Shown piece by piece: positions 30,601 through 40,700 of a DNA stretch of 64,000 nt. The notes beneath the pieces are model-generated. The model ran no database searches. It saw only the letters and a list, made by a program, of their open reading frames with translations, and was not told the DNA's origin. Each line of letters starts with the position of its first letter. The first letter of the stretch is position 1. The stretch comes from a virus (lineage: Duplodnaviria > Caudoviricetes), in IMG/VR virus record IMGVR_UViG_3300025390_000003, positions 1 to 64,000 of that record; one strand, written 5' to 3'. The translations under genes and the position numbers were made by a program.

Positions 30601-31062
30601 AAGAATGGTGCATTTGCTGGATATATATTAGACGGAACAAGATCATGTGTCGAATCTACTATATGCGCTATTCAAGACGAATATCGAAATATATTAATTC
30701 CTGATGGAGATAAAATCATAAAATTTGTAGATATATTATCACGGAATAGAAAAAATGTAGACTTACCCGCATCATATTGGAATCTAAATGATATGTTAAT
30801 ACACAAAGAAGAATATATACAGAATTGGATATACAACAAAAGTCTACAAAAAGTTTGGGATAACATAGAAATATTCAGAAATACGTTAATGTTTGATGAT
30901 AATATTCCATGTAAAAAACCATCTACGTTTATTCATCCAAAAACTGATATTTTCATAGGACAAAATGAAATCGTGTCATATACTGTATTAAATAGACTTG
31001 TTGGGTATCTTTGGGACAATTTTAACACATTATTGTCATATTTCGACCCAAACTGTAAATAA
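27625..31062 (+). CDS. Large NHL-repeat virion protein
   Basis: 'KGIAIDSKGKIFVLD', 'FYHPNDIYIDQNDNVYITDTGNHCIKKF' NHL repeats. Confidence 0.75.
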   Translation: MLTAIDINFKLNNQDSLENSSFYLLTSNNLYSAKISPYSFTVDLTIPDNYVMYYILNHNPSTISYDISSSLLLNLLSASSIYPSVCCVSLTLEASGLSATTDLSAIIVPYFLSVGTFEAFPSLYFDNLGNQQILTPSNYRQNSIGVQFYGEGHTETINLTALSSLSIGQSYVWFINGNTTAYPTTAINQNYSTVNIQSSTTGIITKIPIGLLITDYIFLSSSPKYYRDDITGNPIYYPHYISTIDPNGTELQSNTKTFQSIYILPYDIDIKYNFYAGANGKFQLPKTQNLSGDYGIEWFDATLTVSISGESVDTCYGLHDTIWRWEDLDKNNPNNTFVNKPSSWHNTELTATYPKHWGYEASVSATKITPIHKKLVSTKWELQNVSTNWAYSPFTYYYNTTGSENSDNYPYFLQYNNDGTNINTCNLYDSNIINVGANTIITCSLSAQQGTWNTRDVEVDVLGSFTIDSSNLITLYTANRYVLSGTQITFQIVGWNKNTLYYIDDSEHDLITTSTEFYTISYKTLGTKTLKISAQNMSGIDTYKFDSIINVVSEYEATNISDVEYRSEYSPLIIPYPTPPYVAPNDWAVEDNINSIISKMYQNLNYLNIISSVLNSGYTEYYGWLGSTNNTVVTCNTEKTWDGLMCSNTEQILWDDFNCTTGRFSACATYDFLTSSSAQTTQNCLGLYCIPWNWKSLKSTSPTSEVTWGNTKFGKTFAKKWGNDGSCKSSTNDTFEIKSCLDIGQWNVNIQSSRNSDTPIIDDTFEQIRCGFNTSVPCIYTGIASKNNIIYAILSTQIMVLSSDYTATLLSNATTNYYGGFNKFQDLKGIAIDSKGKIFVLDRTLGKVFGMTLDLSSDSPWTIYTEWGGVGGINSTTKFYHPNDIYIDQNDNVYITDTGNHCIKKFTNNGIWTNTIIDEDFNINYPLSVITDKNGLLHVLTTKEIRVYNNNYTLEFVYNFTQYSSEVPIKINSSYSKDCVYVTFKTQVLKFFKNGAFAGYILDGTRSCVESTICAIQDEYRNILIPDGDKIIKFVDILSRNRKNVDLPASYWNLNDMLIHKEEYIQNWIYNKSLQKVWDNIEIFRNTLMFDDNIPCKKPSTFIHPKTDIFIGQNEIVSYTVLNRLVGYLWDNFNTLLSYFDPNCK

Positions 31063-31083
31063 TACGATAAATAATACAAATAT

Positions 31084-31593
31084 ATGGCATGTTCAATCGT
31101 TCAATCTATAGCATCTACAGAATGTGTAGGAAATTCATTAGTAAAAATTAATGGAAATTTTTCGGCATTGGAAACTGCTGTATGTGAATTACAGAACAGT
31201 TCAAATATTCCAGTTGGTGGAATTATAATGTATTCTGGATCATTATCAAATTTCACTTTAGGCGTTGGTACCACTCCTGATCTTATTAATTTTGCACTTT
31301 GTGATGGAACTAACGGGACACCAGATTTGCGCGACAGATTTGTATTGGGATCAACAACTACTATAGCAGTTTCTGGTGGTTCATCAACTACAACTTTAAC
31401 AATAGATCAAATACCTCCACACCAACATAGCCAAGATGGTAATAATGCATGGGGAGTCGGAACTGGTTCTGGTAACGGAAGTCCCGCACTTCGTCAAGGA
31501 TATGGTGGTTCTACTGGATGGACTGGTGGAGGACAACCATTTAGCATAATGCCTCCATATTTAAAATTAGCATACATAATGAGGATAGTATAA
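31084..31593 (+). CDS. Short fibre with collar-like domain and shared anchor motif
   Basis: 'IPVGGIIMYSG', 'LCDGTNGTPDLRDRFVLG', 'HQH', 'MPPYLKLAYIMRI'. Confidence 0.8.
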   Translation: MACSIVQSIASTECVGNSLVKINGNFSALETAVCELQNSSNIPVGGIIMYSGSLSNFTLGVGTTPDLINFALCDGTNGTPDLRDRFVLGSTTTIAVSGGSSTTTLTIDQIPPHQHSQDGNNAWGVGTGSGNGSPALRQGYGGSTGWTGGGQPFSIMPPYLKLAYIMRIV

Positions 31594-31596
31594 ATT

Positions 31597-32154
31597 ATGA
31601 GCAATTGTGGATTTACATCATTAATAGACATAAATTCTTATCTTGGAGACTCGTTACTAACTATTAATAACAATATGAGTTCTCTTGATATTAATTCATC
31701 GGACTTATACACATTACTAACATTTTTAACGGGTGAAGTGTTAAAATCTAATAATACAATATTGTCTACGGATAATATTATTACTAGTATGGTATTATCC
31801 GCAATTATTGGAACAAAATTTTGTCTTATTACATCAACCGGAACATTATTAACAAGTATAAGCGCAGATTTTGTAAATAATACAAACTATCAAATTGAAA
31901 CATTTACAATACCAAATTCTATATATAACGACACAACAAAAATCGCCACTAGTGCAAGTTTATTGATATTCAGCACTACTATATCATCAACACCTTCTGG
32001 TTATAATAATTCTATACTATTTACTATAGAAGGTATTGGTGGAGTCACAAAGTTCATACTACCAAAAAACCAAACATATAACTATTCTTGGTATTTCAAA
32101 AATAATATAGGAATAACAGAAATCTCTAACATTTATTTGATAGGATATATATAA
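31597..32154 (+). CDS. Short fibre-like protein with shared anchor motif
   Basis: N-terminus 'LIDINSYLGDSLLTINNNMSSLD'. Confidence 0.6.
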   Translation: MSNCGFTSLIDINSYLGDSLLTINNNMSSLDINSSDLYTLLTFLTGEVLKSNNTILSTDNIITSMVLSAIIGTKFCLITSTGTLLTSISADFVNNTNYQIETFTIPNSIYNDTTKIATSASLLIFSTTISSTPSGYNNSILFTIEGIGGVTKFILPKNQTYNYSWYFKNNIGITEISNIYLIGYI

Positions 32155-32158
32155 CAAT

Positions 32159-32827
32159 ATGAGTAATTTAAATTTAACACAACAAATACAAGAAACTATG
32201 TGTATTGGTGATTCATTACCAATATTAAACAACAATTTTACGAATTTAGATAACATAACATGCAATCTTAGTTCTATTTCATCTTCTATTATTACTAATA
32301 TAACTGCATTAGGAAATCTCTTCTCGACTAATATATCAGGAATAACTAATCTATTGAACAATGCAGTAGTTGGAGTATCCGCAACAGGAATTACATCACT
32401 ATCATCGACTATTAATATGTTTAGTAGAACTATGGTAAGTGTAAGAGGATCAACTCAATGTTATATGCCTAATGATGCATATCCTTTTGTGGGATATACT
32501 GGAACCATAACACTACCAACAAATGTTCCAAATACTGCAAATTATATTATTTTACGAGCGAATATTTCCGACCAAAGTTATGTTGATCTATCACAAGTAA
32601 ATAGTCACGATGCGCCAGCAGAATTCAAAATCAATGGATATACAATCCCTGTCACAAAAAATCCTATCTCAACACTTAATGGCGCATCGTATATAATGTT
32701 ACCAAAACAAGCATTATACACTTGGAATTGGAGGTTTTTTTATACACAATCGATAACTACAGGATATTGCACACCAATGTCTTGCGTGAATACCCCATTT
32801 AATGTAGAAATTATTGGATATTTTTAA
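32159..32827 (+). CDS. Short fibre-like protein with shared anchor motif
   Basis: N-terminus 'IQETMCIGDSLPILNNNFTNLDNITCNL'. Confidence 0.6.
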   Translation: MSNLNLTQQIQETMCIGDSLPILNNNFTNLDNITCNLSSISSSIITNITALGNLFSTNISGITNLLNNAVVGVSATGITSLSSTINMFSRTMVSVRGSTQCYMPNDAYPFVGYTGTITLPTNVPNTANYIILRANISDQSYVDLSQVNSHDAPAEFKINGYTIPVTKNPISTLNGASYIMLPKQALYTWNWRFFYTQSITTGYCTPMSCVNTPFNVEIIGYF

Positions 32828-32874
32828 TACAACAAACAAAAAAGATACAAAAAGAGATAAATAATATTATAACT

Positions 32875-33753
32875 ATGAAAAATGAACTATCAAACATTTA
32901 TACAAACCAAGTGTTAATCAGCGAATCAAAAACAAAGAATTCTGCTAAATCAGCACCTACAGTAAAAGGTAACAAAGGCGCAACCACCAAGGGAGAATTG
33001 GAAGGTGCCGCAAAAGCTAAACCTACCAAAGGCGCAACAGAAAAGGTATCAAAAGATATCAAAAAACCAACTGAAGACAAAAAAATGTCACAAGTAAAAG
33101 GAAAACCAACTAAAATGAAAGAAAGTGCAATTCCACAAGCGTTCGACCAAATATTCCAAAGCATTATCAACGAAGAATTTGGTGATGATTTTGCAATAGA
33201 TGGGGATAAAGTAGAAGATGATCTTTCTGCTGGTGATGAATATGGTGATGAATTAGGAGACGATACCGATAAATCCACAGAAGAAGAAACCGAAGAAGGT
33301 GGAGAAGAGGAAGCAGAAGAAAGTGAAGATCAAGTTGCGGATGATTTAAAGGCTGTTGTTGCTCAATTACAAGACTTAATTTCTAAACTTACTGGTGCGG
33401 AAGAAGAGGAAGAAGCACACGAAGAAGGCGAAGGTGAAGAAGAAGAAAAGGAGGAGGAAGAAACCGAAGTAGCACCTGAAAAGGAAGAAGAGGCTGCTCC
33501 ATATGAAGAATCATTAGATTTAAAAGGAACTCTTTCTGAATTAAGCAAGAGTTTAGGTCAACTTCTTCAAAAGAAGGACAATAAAGTAAAAGGAACATTA
33601 GGAAAAGCCAAAGGTGGTAAAGCAAGTGAAGGAAACATCCCCGAACAAGATGGAACACCAAAAGCGTTCAATCCTGACATTAAGAAATTACAGAACCCAA
33701 AAGGTGCAAATACAGTTTCAACAATCAAGAAAGGCGAATACCTTTTCAAATAA
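32875..33753 (+). CDS. Charge-segregated protein (Lys-rich ends, Glu-rich core), probable prohead core/internal protein
   Basis: Composition, TAAATA at 32858, own terminator, and LISE/IINE gp21-like cleavage sites. Confidence 0.55.
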   Translation: MKNELSNIYTNQVLISESKTKNSAKSAPTVKGNKGATTKGELEGAAKAKPTKGATEKVSKDIKKPTEDKKMSQVKGKPTKMKESAIPQAFDQIFQSIINEEFGDDFAIDGDKVEDDLSAGDEYGDELGDDTDKSTEEETEEGGEEEAEESEDQVADDLKAVVAQLQDLISKLTGAEEEEEAHEEGEGEEEEKEEEETEVAPEKEEEAAPYEESLDLKGTLSELSKSLGQLLQKKDNKVKGTLGKAKGGKASEGNIPEQDGTPKAFNPDIKKLQNPKGANTVSTIKKGEYLFK

Positions 33754-33773
33754 AATAAAAATATAGTTCATTC

Positions 33774-33807
33774 AAACCCGCTCATTGTTATGATGAGCGG
33801 GTTTTTT
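33774..33807 (+). terminator. Rho-independent terminator
   Basis: aaacccgctcat / atgagcgggttt stem followed by a T run. Confidence 0.9.
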
Positions 33808-33822
33808 CGTTAAATAATATAT

Positions 33823-34509
33823 ATGGATAAAGTTCGTTATTTAAATAAAGATATTAACGCAAACGAGCGTAATAATTTTAGTCTATGGTGGAAAGAACAA
33901 ATTGAACATTACGGAACCGAAACGAATTATTATACTAATGGATATACGTTAACTTCTCAAGATTTTATATACGGAGAAGACCCAACTGCGAAATTCTTAA
34001 GTGCTGGAAAGATTATAATGGTAACAAATATCACTAACGATTCAATTTTATTATCAAAATTTGGTGTTATGGCAGATTGTGATATGACTGCGGTAATACA
34101 TATATCAAGTTTTTATGAGAATTTTGGCCCAGGAACAGAACCAAAAGCAGGTGATTTAATTGAATTGTCTGAATATGGGGGATATGGAGATAGACCAAAT
34201 GGAAGGGGAGCACCCATATATGAAATCACAGAAAGAGATGATGAATATCTTCCAATGACTAATAGATTATTGGGACATTATGTTTTTTACATTAAATGTA
34301 AGAGATTCGAATACAGTTTCGAATCTGGTGTTCATGCAGAACCTCTTAATAATCAAGTTAACGATACTACTGCATTTGGTAGATTGTCGGGTGGTTCTAA
34401 TCCTGAAGAAATCACACCATCTCCAAATGCATCAAATGCTGATATCGAAGGTGCTAAATTATTCGACTACAATCAGAATACGTTATCTAGTCCATATGGG
34501 AACTATTAA
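33823..34509 (+). CDS. gp14: Neck protein (gp14-like)
   Basis: 'EQIEHYG...YY', 'IYGEDP..KF', 'LSKFG', 'PKAGDLI', 'YEIT', 'IKCKRFEYS'. Confidence 0.85.
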   Translation: MDKVRYLNKDINANERNNFSLWWKEQIEHYGTETNYYTNGYTLTSQDFIYGEDPTAKFLSAGKIIMVTNITNDSILLSKFGVMADCDMTAVIHISSFYENFGPGTEPKAGDLIELSEYGGYGDRPNGRGAPIYEITERDDEYLPMTNRLLGHYVFYIKCKRFEYSFESGVHAEPLNNQVNDTTAFGRLSGGSNPEEITPSPNASNADIEGAKLFDYNQNTLSSPYGNY

Positions 34510-34775
34510 AGCCCCCAAGAATTATTCGAGGATCGAGCAGCAGTAACATCCGTAATATCAAAATATATTGTAGTAGAAGTTCCGACAGATTCGACTAAAA
34601 ATGCTCGGACTTTTTGCATTTTACGAGTTTGTGGGTCTATTCTATCTATCGTTGTCTCGTTTCCAATAAAATATTCTTTATTTCCAAACTCTCTAGCAAT
34701 AGCAGTTCTTAAAAATTGTGAAATGTCTTCGCTTCCTACTTGTGCTGCGGATACTTTATAAACTTTAGGTTCCAT
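34506..34775 (-). CDS. Hypothetical protein
   Basis: 89-aa ORF with TATAAATT upstream. Confidence 0.6.
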   Translation of the reverse strand: MEPKVYKVSAAQVGSEDISQFLRTAIAREFGNKEYFIGNETTIDRIDPQTRKMQKVRAFLVESVGTSTTIYFDITDVTAARSSNNSWGL

Positions 34776-34824
34776 ATTATTAATTTATACTATCGTTTAA
34801 AAAATTCAACTAAAATATACATAT

Positions 34825-34852
34825 TTGATTTTATTATTATACATGATAGAAT
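34825..34852 (+). promoter_or_regulatory. Sigma70-type promoter TTGATT-16-TAGAAT (extended -10 TG)
   Basis: The -10 box ends 6 nt before the RNase H ATG. Confidence 0.6.
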
Positions 34853-34858
34853 CGGTGT

Positions 34859-35758
34859 ATGAAAAAAAGATTAATAATAGATGGATCAAATGCTTTACAT
34901 AGAGCATATTGGATCGCTAACAACAAAAAAGACGTATTTGATAGAATAGGGACAATATTTATTTTTTTAAAATCCCTAAAAACTACAGTCGATAGATTTA
35001 AACCTGATGAAACATGGATAACTTGGGATAAAAAAATAAAATACCCATCAACAAACTTCAGAAAAGAATTAACAGGAAATGTATATAAAATACAGAGAGA
35101 TAAAACCAGAACTGAACAGGTGCATGAATGTCACGATAAATTAGTAGAATGGATAAAGCTTCTTGGTGTGTATCAATTATATCCATATGTTTTGGAAGCA
35201 GACGATGTTATTAGTTGGTTGACACAAAACAATAAAGATGGAACGAATATTATTGTGTCTATGGATAAAGACCTATTGCAATTAGTATCTGCAAACACTA
35301 TCATATACAATCCAATAAAGAGAGTTGACACAACAGCGTTAACATTTGAAGATACTATCGGAGTTGATATTAAGAATTATTTATATTACAAAGCATTATT
35401 GGGAGACACTTCAGATAATGTTGAAGGTATATACGGATATGGAAAGCAAAAAAGTAAAAAATTTGCGACTTTAGGGTTAGCTGCAATTTCCGAAGAATTA
35501 TCACCAGAAGAACTAGCAATATTCCAGAAAAATTTAAAGATAATGGATTTATCAGATTCTTTCACAAAAGAAATTGGTGAAGTGGAATGTTATCAACAAC
35601 AATTCATAGAGCAAACCCAAAACATAACACCAAAACTATCAGAATTTGAGAAAAAATGTGATAACAACGGATTTTTACAATTCTCTCGAAAGATTAATGA
35701 ATGGAAGGACGTATTTGAACATAAGGATAAATTACTCAATATTTTGCATGATTTGTAA
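34859..35758 (+). CDS. rnh: 5'-3' exonuclease / T4-type RNase H
   Basis: 'LIIDGSN..HR', 'YK..R', 'EADDVI', 'SMDKDLLQLV', 'LLGDTSDNVEGI.GYG'. Confidence 0.92.
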   Translation: MKKRLIIDGSNALHRAYWIANNKKDVFDRIGTIFIFLKSLKTTVDRFKPDETWITWDKKIKYPSTNFRKELTGNVYKIQRDKTRTEQVHECHDKLVEWIKLLGVYQLYPYVLEADDVISWLTQNNKDGTNIIVSMDKDLLQLVSANTIIYNPIKRVDTTALTFEDTIGVDIKNYLYYKALLGDTSDNVEGIYGYGKQKSKKFATLGLAAISEELSPEELAIFQKNLKIMDLSDSFTKEIGEVECYQQQFIEQTQNITPKLSEFEKKCDNNGFLQFSRKINEWKDVFEHKDKLLNILHDL

Positions 35759-35929
35759 TTATTTCAAACCTTCTAAAACAAAATACACATAATTTTCAAC
35801 ATCTAATTTTGTGACTTTTTGTTTTTTATAGTGTTTACATACCACATTTTCAAACTCCTTATCGTATATTATTTGTAGTGAGCATGTATCTTCGCTATTT
35901 TTATCTATATCTAATATTTCAAATTTCAT
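35759..35929 (-). CDS. Small hypothetical protein (56 aa), not in the ORF track
   Basis: MKFEILDIDKNSEDTCSLQIIYDKEFE... exactly fills the gap between neighbours. Confidence 0.6.
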   Translation of the reverse strand: MKFEILDIDKNSEDTCSLQIIYDKEFENVVCKHYKKQKVTKLDVENYVYFVLEGLK

Positions 35930-35930
35930 A

Positions 35931-36317
35931 TTATTGGAGTTTCTTAAATTTTATTTTTGGTAAAGCCTTTTCAAGCAATTTTCTATATTGTCTAATCGTC
36001 AATCGGTTTATTAATGAGGCTTCCAAGGATAATACTTCATTTTCACTCAATTCTGGCAATAATGAATGTATAAGTTCATGTACAAGTGTTGGTAATATAG
36101 GTTCTCTAGGATCGAGTTCTATATATGAAACATTTTTTGCTGGTAATGTAACAAAATATCCCCAATTTGTTCTTAGTTTTCTAAAAACTATATAATCAAC
36201 ATTATCTAATTGTTTATATAATAACGTAAAATACTTCAAAACTTCGGGTTTTGTCAATTTAAACGGACGCGGATCATCAGGTTTACACTTTTTCTGTAAT
36301 TTACTAATAATCGACAT
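35931..36317 (-). CDS. Small zincin-like (HExxH) protein
   Basis: 'IELDP...TLVHELIH...E'; TAAATA 5 nt upstream of the ATG. Confidence 0.65.
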   Translation of the reverse strand: MSIISKLQKKCKPDDPRPFKLTKPEVLKYFTLLYKQLDNVDYIVFRKLRTNWGYFVTLPAKNVSYIELDPREPILPTLVHELIHSLLPELSENEVLSLEASLINRLTIRQYRKLLEKALPKIKFKKLQ

Positions 36318-36385
36318 AAAACTATTTATCCCAACTTAAAAATAAAACAAATGAGATAATATTTAAATAAACGCTAAATAGTGAT

Positions 36386-36655
36386 ATGGAATTTGATAAT
36401 TTAGAGCTACAGAGTCACGAAGGGAAAGCAAAAAAACGCGCACCTTTCCCATTAGAAAACATTGACGAAGAATTAGCAGAAATATACTTCAAACTTAACA
36501 GTATAAAGGAACGTATACATCAAGCAAAGGTTAAAAATGCAGTGAATACAATATCAAAACGTAAAAAATTACTAAACCATATGTCGTTTAAAATTAATAC
36601 GTTATTAGGGGTTACAAAGGCTCTTGTATTTGATTTGGAGTGTCTGAAATTTTAG
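36386..36655 (+). CDS. Hypothetical protein
   Basis: 89 aa, TAAATA at 36375. Confidence 0.55.
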   Translation: MEFDNLELQSHEGKAKKRAPFPLENIDEELAEIYFKLNSIKERIHQAKVKNAVNTISKRKKLLNHMSFKINTLLGVTKALVFDLECLKF

Positions 36656-37094
36656 CAACTATATTTTCTAAAGGATTCTTTGTAGTTTCTATGGGTGTCG
36701 TTAATTGTGTGGTAAAGAATTGTAATTTAATTCCATTAACCTGACCACAATGTTCACAAGGAAATCTATTGTCTCTATTTAAAAATACTGGAACTATATT
36801 ATTTTTCTTACAATACGCACACTGCACTTGTATAGAAATCTTAGAAAGTGTCTCTAATGTCTCATTCTCTAATTTAGACATAGATATAAATTCTTTTTTT
36901 TGTATTATACTATTAATAACAATAAACCCAACATATTGTATTCCTATAGTTATGAAAAATGGAGGCCAAAATACACCTTTCCATAAATATATACCATAAG
37001 AAATGCAAGATGCAACAAATAATGTAAGTAATATAGAAACGCTTAGAATTTTAAATTCTAAACTTACAAAGAACGATTTGATTTTTTCAAACAT
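36612..37094 (-). CDS. Membrane protein with two TM helices and a zinc ribbon
   Basis: Two hydrophobic segments followed by CAYC...CEHC. Confidence 0.65.
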   Translation of the reverse strand: MFEKIKSFFVSLEFKILSVSILLTLFVASCISYGIYLWKGVFWPPFFITIGIQYVGFIVINSIIQKKEFISMSKLENETLETLSKISIQVQCAYCKKNNIVPVFLNRDNRFPCEHCGQVNGIKLQFFTTQLTTPIETTKNPLENIVAKISDTPNQIQEPL

Positions 37095-37124
37095 AACCTT
37101 ATTTATGTAATGAACTACAATATA

Positions 37125-37397
37125 TCAAGGTTTGTTTTTATATGTTTTCGAAATGTTAATTGGTGAAGATTTGAAGTTTTGATAATATATAACATCCGAA
37201 GCATTATCCACATATTTTAAAATTTCTAGGGGTTTTAGTTCAACTGTTTCGAAATCTATATTCCTTTCATCACATTTATCACCAATTATTTCCATAGCTT
37301 CTTGCAATGCTGCCCATCTGCTTATCTCATAATCACTAAGTTTGGATATGTTTATGTTAGATGGTTTTGTTGTCGTATCCGTCTCGTTTTTATTCAT
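37125..37397 (-). CDS. Hypothetical protein
   Basis: 90 aa; TTGACT-17-CATACT (37405-37433) lies 7 nt upstream of the ATG. Confidence 0.6.
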   Translation of the reverse strand: MNKNETDTTTKPSNINISKLSDYEISRWAALQEAMEIIGDKCDERNIDFETVELKPLEILKYVDNASDVIYYQNFKSSPINISKTYKNKP

Positions 37398-37445
37398 AAT
37401 TTATAGTATGCCAGAAAATCTATACTAAGTCAATTATATTTTTTG

Positions 37446-37712
37446 TTATTTAGAATTTTTATTATCTAAATTAGCAATACATACAGTATACACATCTTCT
37501 GGTAATTGTTCTATATATTCTAAAAGTTTAGTTGAAATAGAAGATTCGAAGGTTTTTTTACTAAGAGATATTGGAAATCTATCGGGTAGTTGCATGAAGT
37601 TATAACATAAATCATCGTTTTCTATATATATCAAAAATTCGCCTCGTTTATTTCTTGTGAATGCGTAAATTCCCCTTTTTTTAGGAATCGGAGTAAAAAG
37701 TTCTTTAATCAT
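37446..37712 (-). CDS. Hypothetical protein
   Basis: 88 aa; TTGACT-16-TATATT (37719-37746) lies 6 nt upstream of the ATG. Confidence 0.6.
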   Translation of the reverse strand: MIKELFTPIPKKRGIYAFTRNKRGEFLIYIENDDLCYNFMQLPDRFPISLSKKTFESSISTKLLEYIEQLPEDVYTVCIANLDNKNSK

Positions 37713-37752
37713 TAATATAATATATAAAAAATCAACAAAAAGTCAACAAAAA

Positions 37753-40700
37753 TTAATGTAATATGTTATAAACTATCATTTCTCGTAAGCTGCATGTTGG
37801 TAAGTTTTCTATATATACTTCAACTAGAGTATTATCACCACTAACATTTTTTATAATAGTAGAGTATACATATTCTTTTGTATTGTAATTATAGCTAATA
37901 ACTGGCCTATCGATAATCGACTGTGTTCCTTGTAATCCTTCAAACTCTAACACATCAACAGGTAAAACTGGAAAAGTTTTTATAAGTTTATGAGTATTTA
38001 AATCAAGGCTATATAATTCAGGATGGAATATACCAGAACTTAACCAAGCAACACTTATTATTATTTTTTTCTCCTCTGGAAAAAACCAAGTTTCTCCTGT
38101 TTTTGCAACATCATATCCACTTAATGAACCTAACGACAATTCTCTATTAAGATTTAATTCTATTGGTAGTGCAAGAGATATAAAGTTCGATTTATTTGTA
38201 TTGCTACTAATTTCTCCAAGAGTATAATCATAATTTAGTTTCTCGAATATAACAACACCAGAGGTTTCAAACATTATAGTATCATAAAACACATCAACAT
38301 TTCTAAGTTTAGTTGATAATTCTGCATATAAATTAGAATTTGAGTATGATAAAAACACCGAAGATAAAGATTCCATTGCTGGTTTGACTATCTGATTATT
38401 CGCTCTCGTCCATAATTCACCAAAAACTTCCTTTCTATCAACAGGAGAAACATTTTTTATATTCTTATACAATCCATATTGATTTCCGAATATATCTGAA
38501 CACCAAACATCAAGTTGATTTCCAGATTTTTTAAGAACTTGTGACTCTTCCCATGCTGGAACATTAACCTGACCAGCAAAGTTTACTGGATGATTGTTAA
38601 TATCGACCCATTGGCTATCCTGTACGCCTCCCCAAGGGCTTTGTTTACTATTTGGGGTAATAAGTCCCACATTACTATTTTTATGGGTTTCTATGCTTGA
38701 TTGATAAGGGATGAACTTCTGATATTGTTTAGAAACAGTTTTTTTAATATCTCCTGCTGCTTGTCCTGTAATCACCAAATTTTTCATCCATGTATTATCA
38801 TCTTTGATTATTTTATATGGTGTTGGTTGATCTGTTTTAGACAATCCTCTACCACCAATTCTACGAGTAGCATCCTCTGTAATATTCGACAACTGAGATG
38901 ATGAAATATCATATACATAAGTATAATTTTTTCCTGTATACACTGAAGTCCCTAAATTGTTTGGAATGAAATATCCACCACTTTCATCTTCTGTATATAT
39001 ATCTTGTAAAGTTGGTAATATCGCAAGGGAAGGATAATTTCTATTAGTCAAATTTGCCCAAGGCTGTTGACTTACGATAGCAGAACTTAGCGAAAAATCA
39101 TTCTGTGTTAATACTTGTTGATATTCTCTATTTGCTGTTATATCCCATGTGAATGACCCTAAAGCATTATAATATACTCTAACAGGCTTATTGTCCACAA
39201 AGTTACTAAGAGTTATATCGCTCGGAACATTTAATGCACTTGAAGCATTAATTAGTGAAACGTTCGATATTGTAGCCAGATTTGATATACCTTCATCATT
39301 AATTAAAATTTTATTCCAACTTAATGAATTTACCAAAATTTTTAATGTTACTGGTTGATCCCAAGTAAAATCAATATCGTTGTTTTGATACTCGACATAC
39401 ACACCAGTATGGAAACTCATATCGGATATTATTGGTTGAGTAACGATATTATGAATATCAACAACTCTTGGTATTGTTCCCCAACTCTCTACTGTATTGT
39501 TACCAGTAACTATAGATTTATCAGTAAATCCTTTAACCCAAATAGGTCTTGCTCCTAAATACTTGCCATCATATTTATATGTATTATAGTTCCATCCGTA
39601 TAAATTAGTAGCCAATACAAATCCAGGTACTGGTGTATTATATGAAGTAAGAGACGTTGAATATGTTTGTGTTACTGTTGATGTTATTGCTGGAATTTGT
39701 GTGAATATATATGATCCTCCACCAACAAGACCAGCAATAAGAGTTACGTTATATGTGCCTGTGACCGTTGGAGAAAATGTTAATATTGTTGTATTATCTC
39801 CAGTTTTGTTATATGAGACACCACTTGGATCGATAAGTGTCCAATTTAAAGAAGATATCGCTGATAATGCCACTGTAGGATATTGTGCGTCATTTGCTTG
39901 CAGGGCAGATGCATTAACTACATCCACAACAGGATACGCAACATTCACCGTAGGTATAGGAAATTGATCCATCACTACTAAATCATAGGTAGACCATATA
40001 CTGTGTCCATTAAGATTTATGTTTGTATCGTTTGGTGCTAAACCAGACAATGTAAAATTCGAAGTTGGTGCCTTTTCGTATAATAAAACATCTCCAGCAT
40101 TCAACTGCATATTAGAAGGAACCTTTGCATTATACCAATTCCCATTAGCATCTTTCAATGCTTTTATCCACTTAGCAGAAGTTGTATTAAATGGATATCT
40201 AACTACATAATCAGGAAATGGAATATCGTCTAAATCTTGCAATTTAGCTGTTGTTCTATAATATACATAAGATTTTCCGGTTTCTAGTGTAAATGTTTTG
40301 TTGGAAACTATAGTATTTGTAGACACCCAACTACCATTACCCCAATTCGGAGTAATTTCATTAGTTTTGAACCAAGTGAATCCTATACTATTTTGGTAAT
40401 CGTTTCCATCCAAACCTTTCCAATTATTCAAATCAAATTCGTTTGGTGAAAATGTATCTTCAGCTATAAAATCACCAAAACCGCCGAAATCTGTATATAT
40501 ATTACCATTATGCCCAAATGGGGTAAATTGAACTTGTCTACACTTACACAATGTATGATCTTTAGCATTTAATGTTTTTAGATATGGACAATTATTTTCA
40601 TGTAATAAAGATTTAAATGCTGTATTTGCTGAAGTTGGCTCTCCTGTCCATGCAAATCTAGTAACTAATCCTGATGCGAAATTTGATGTGAATCCATTCT

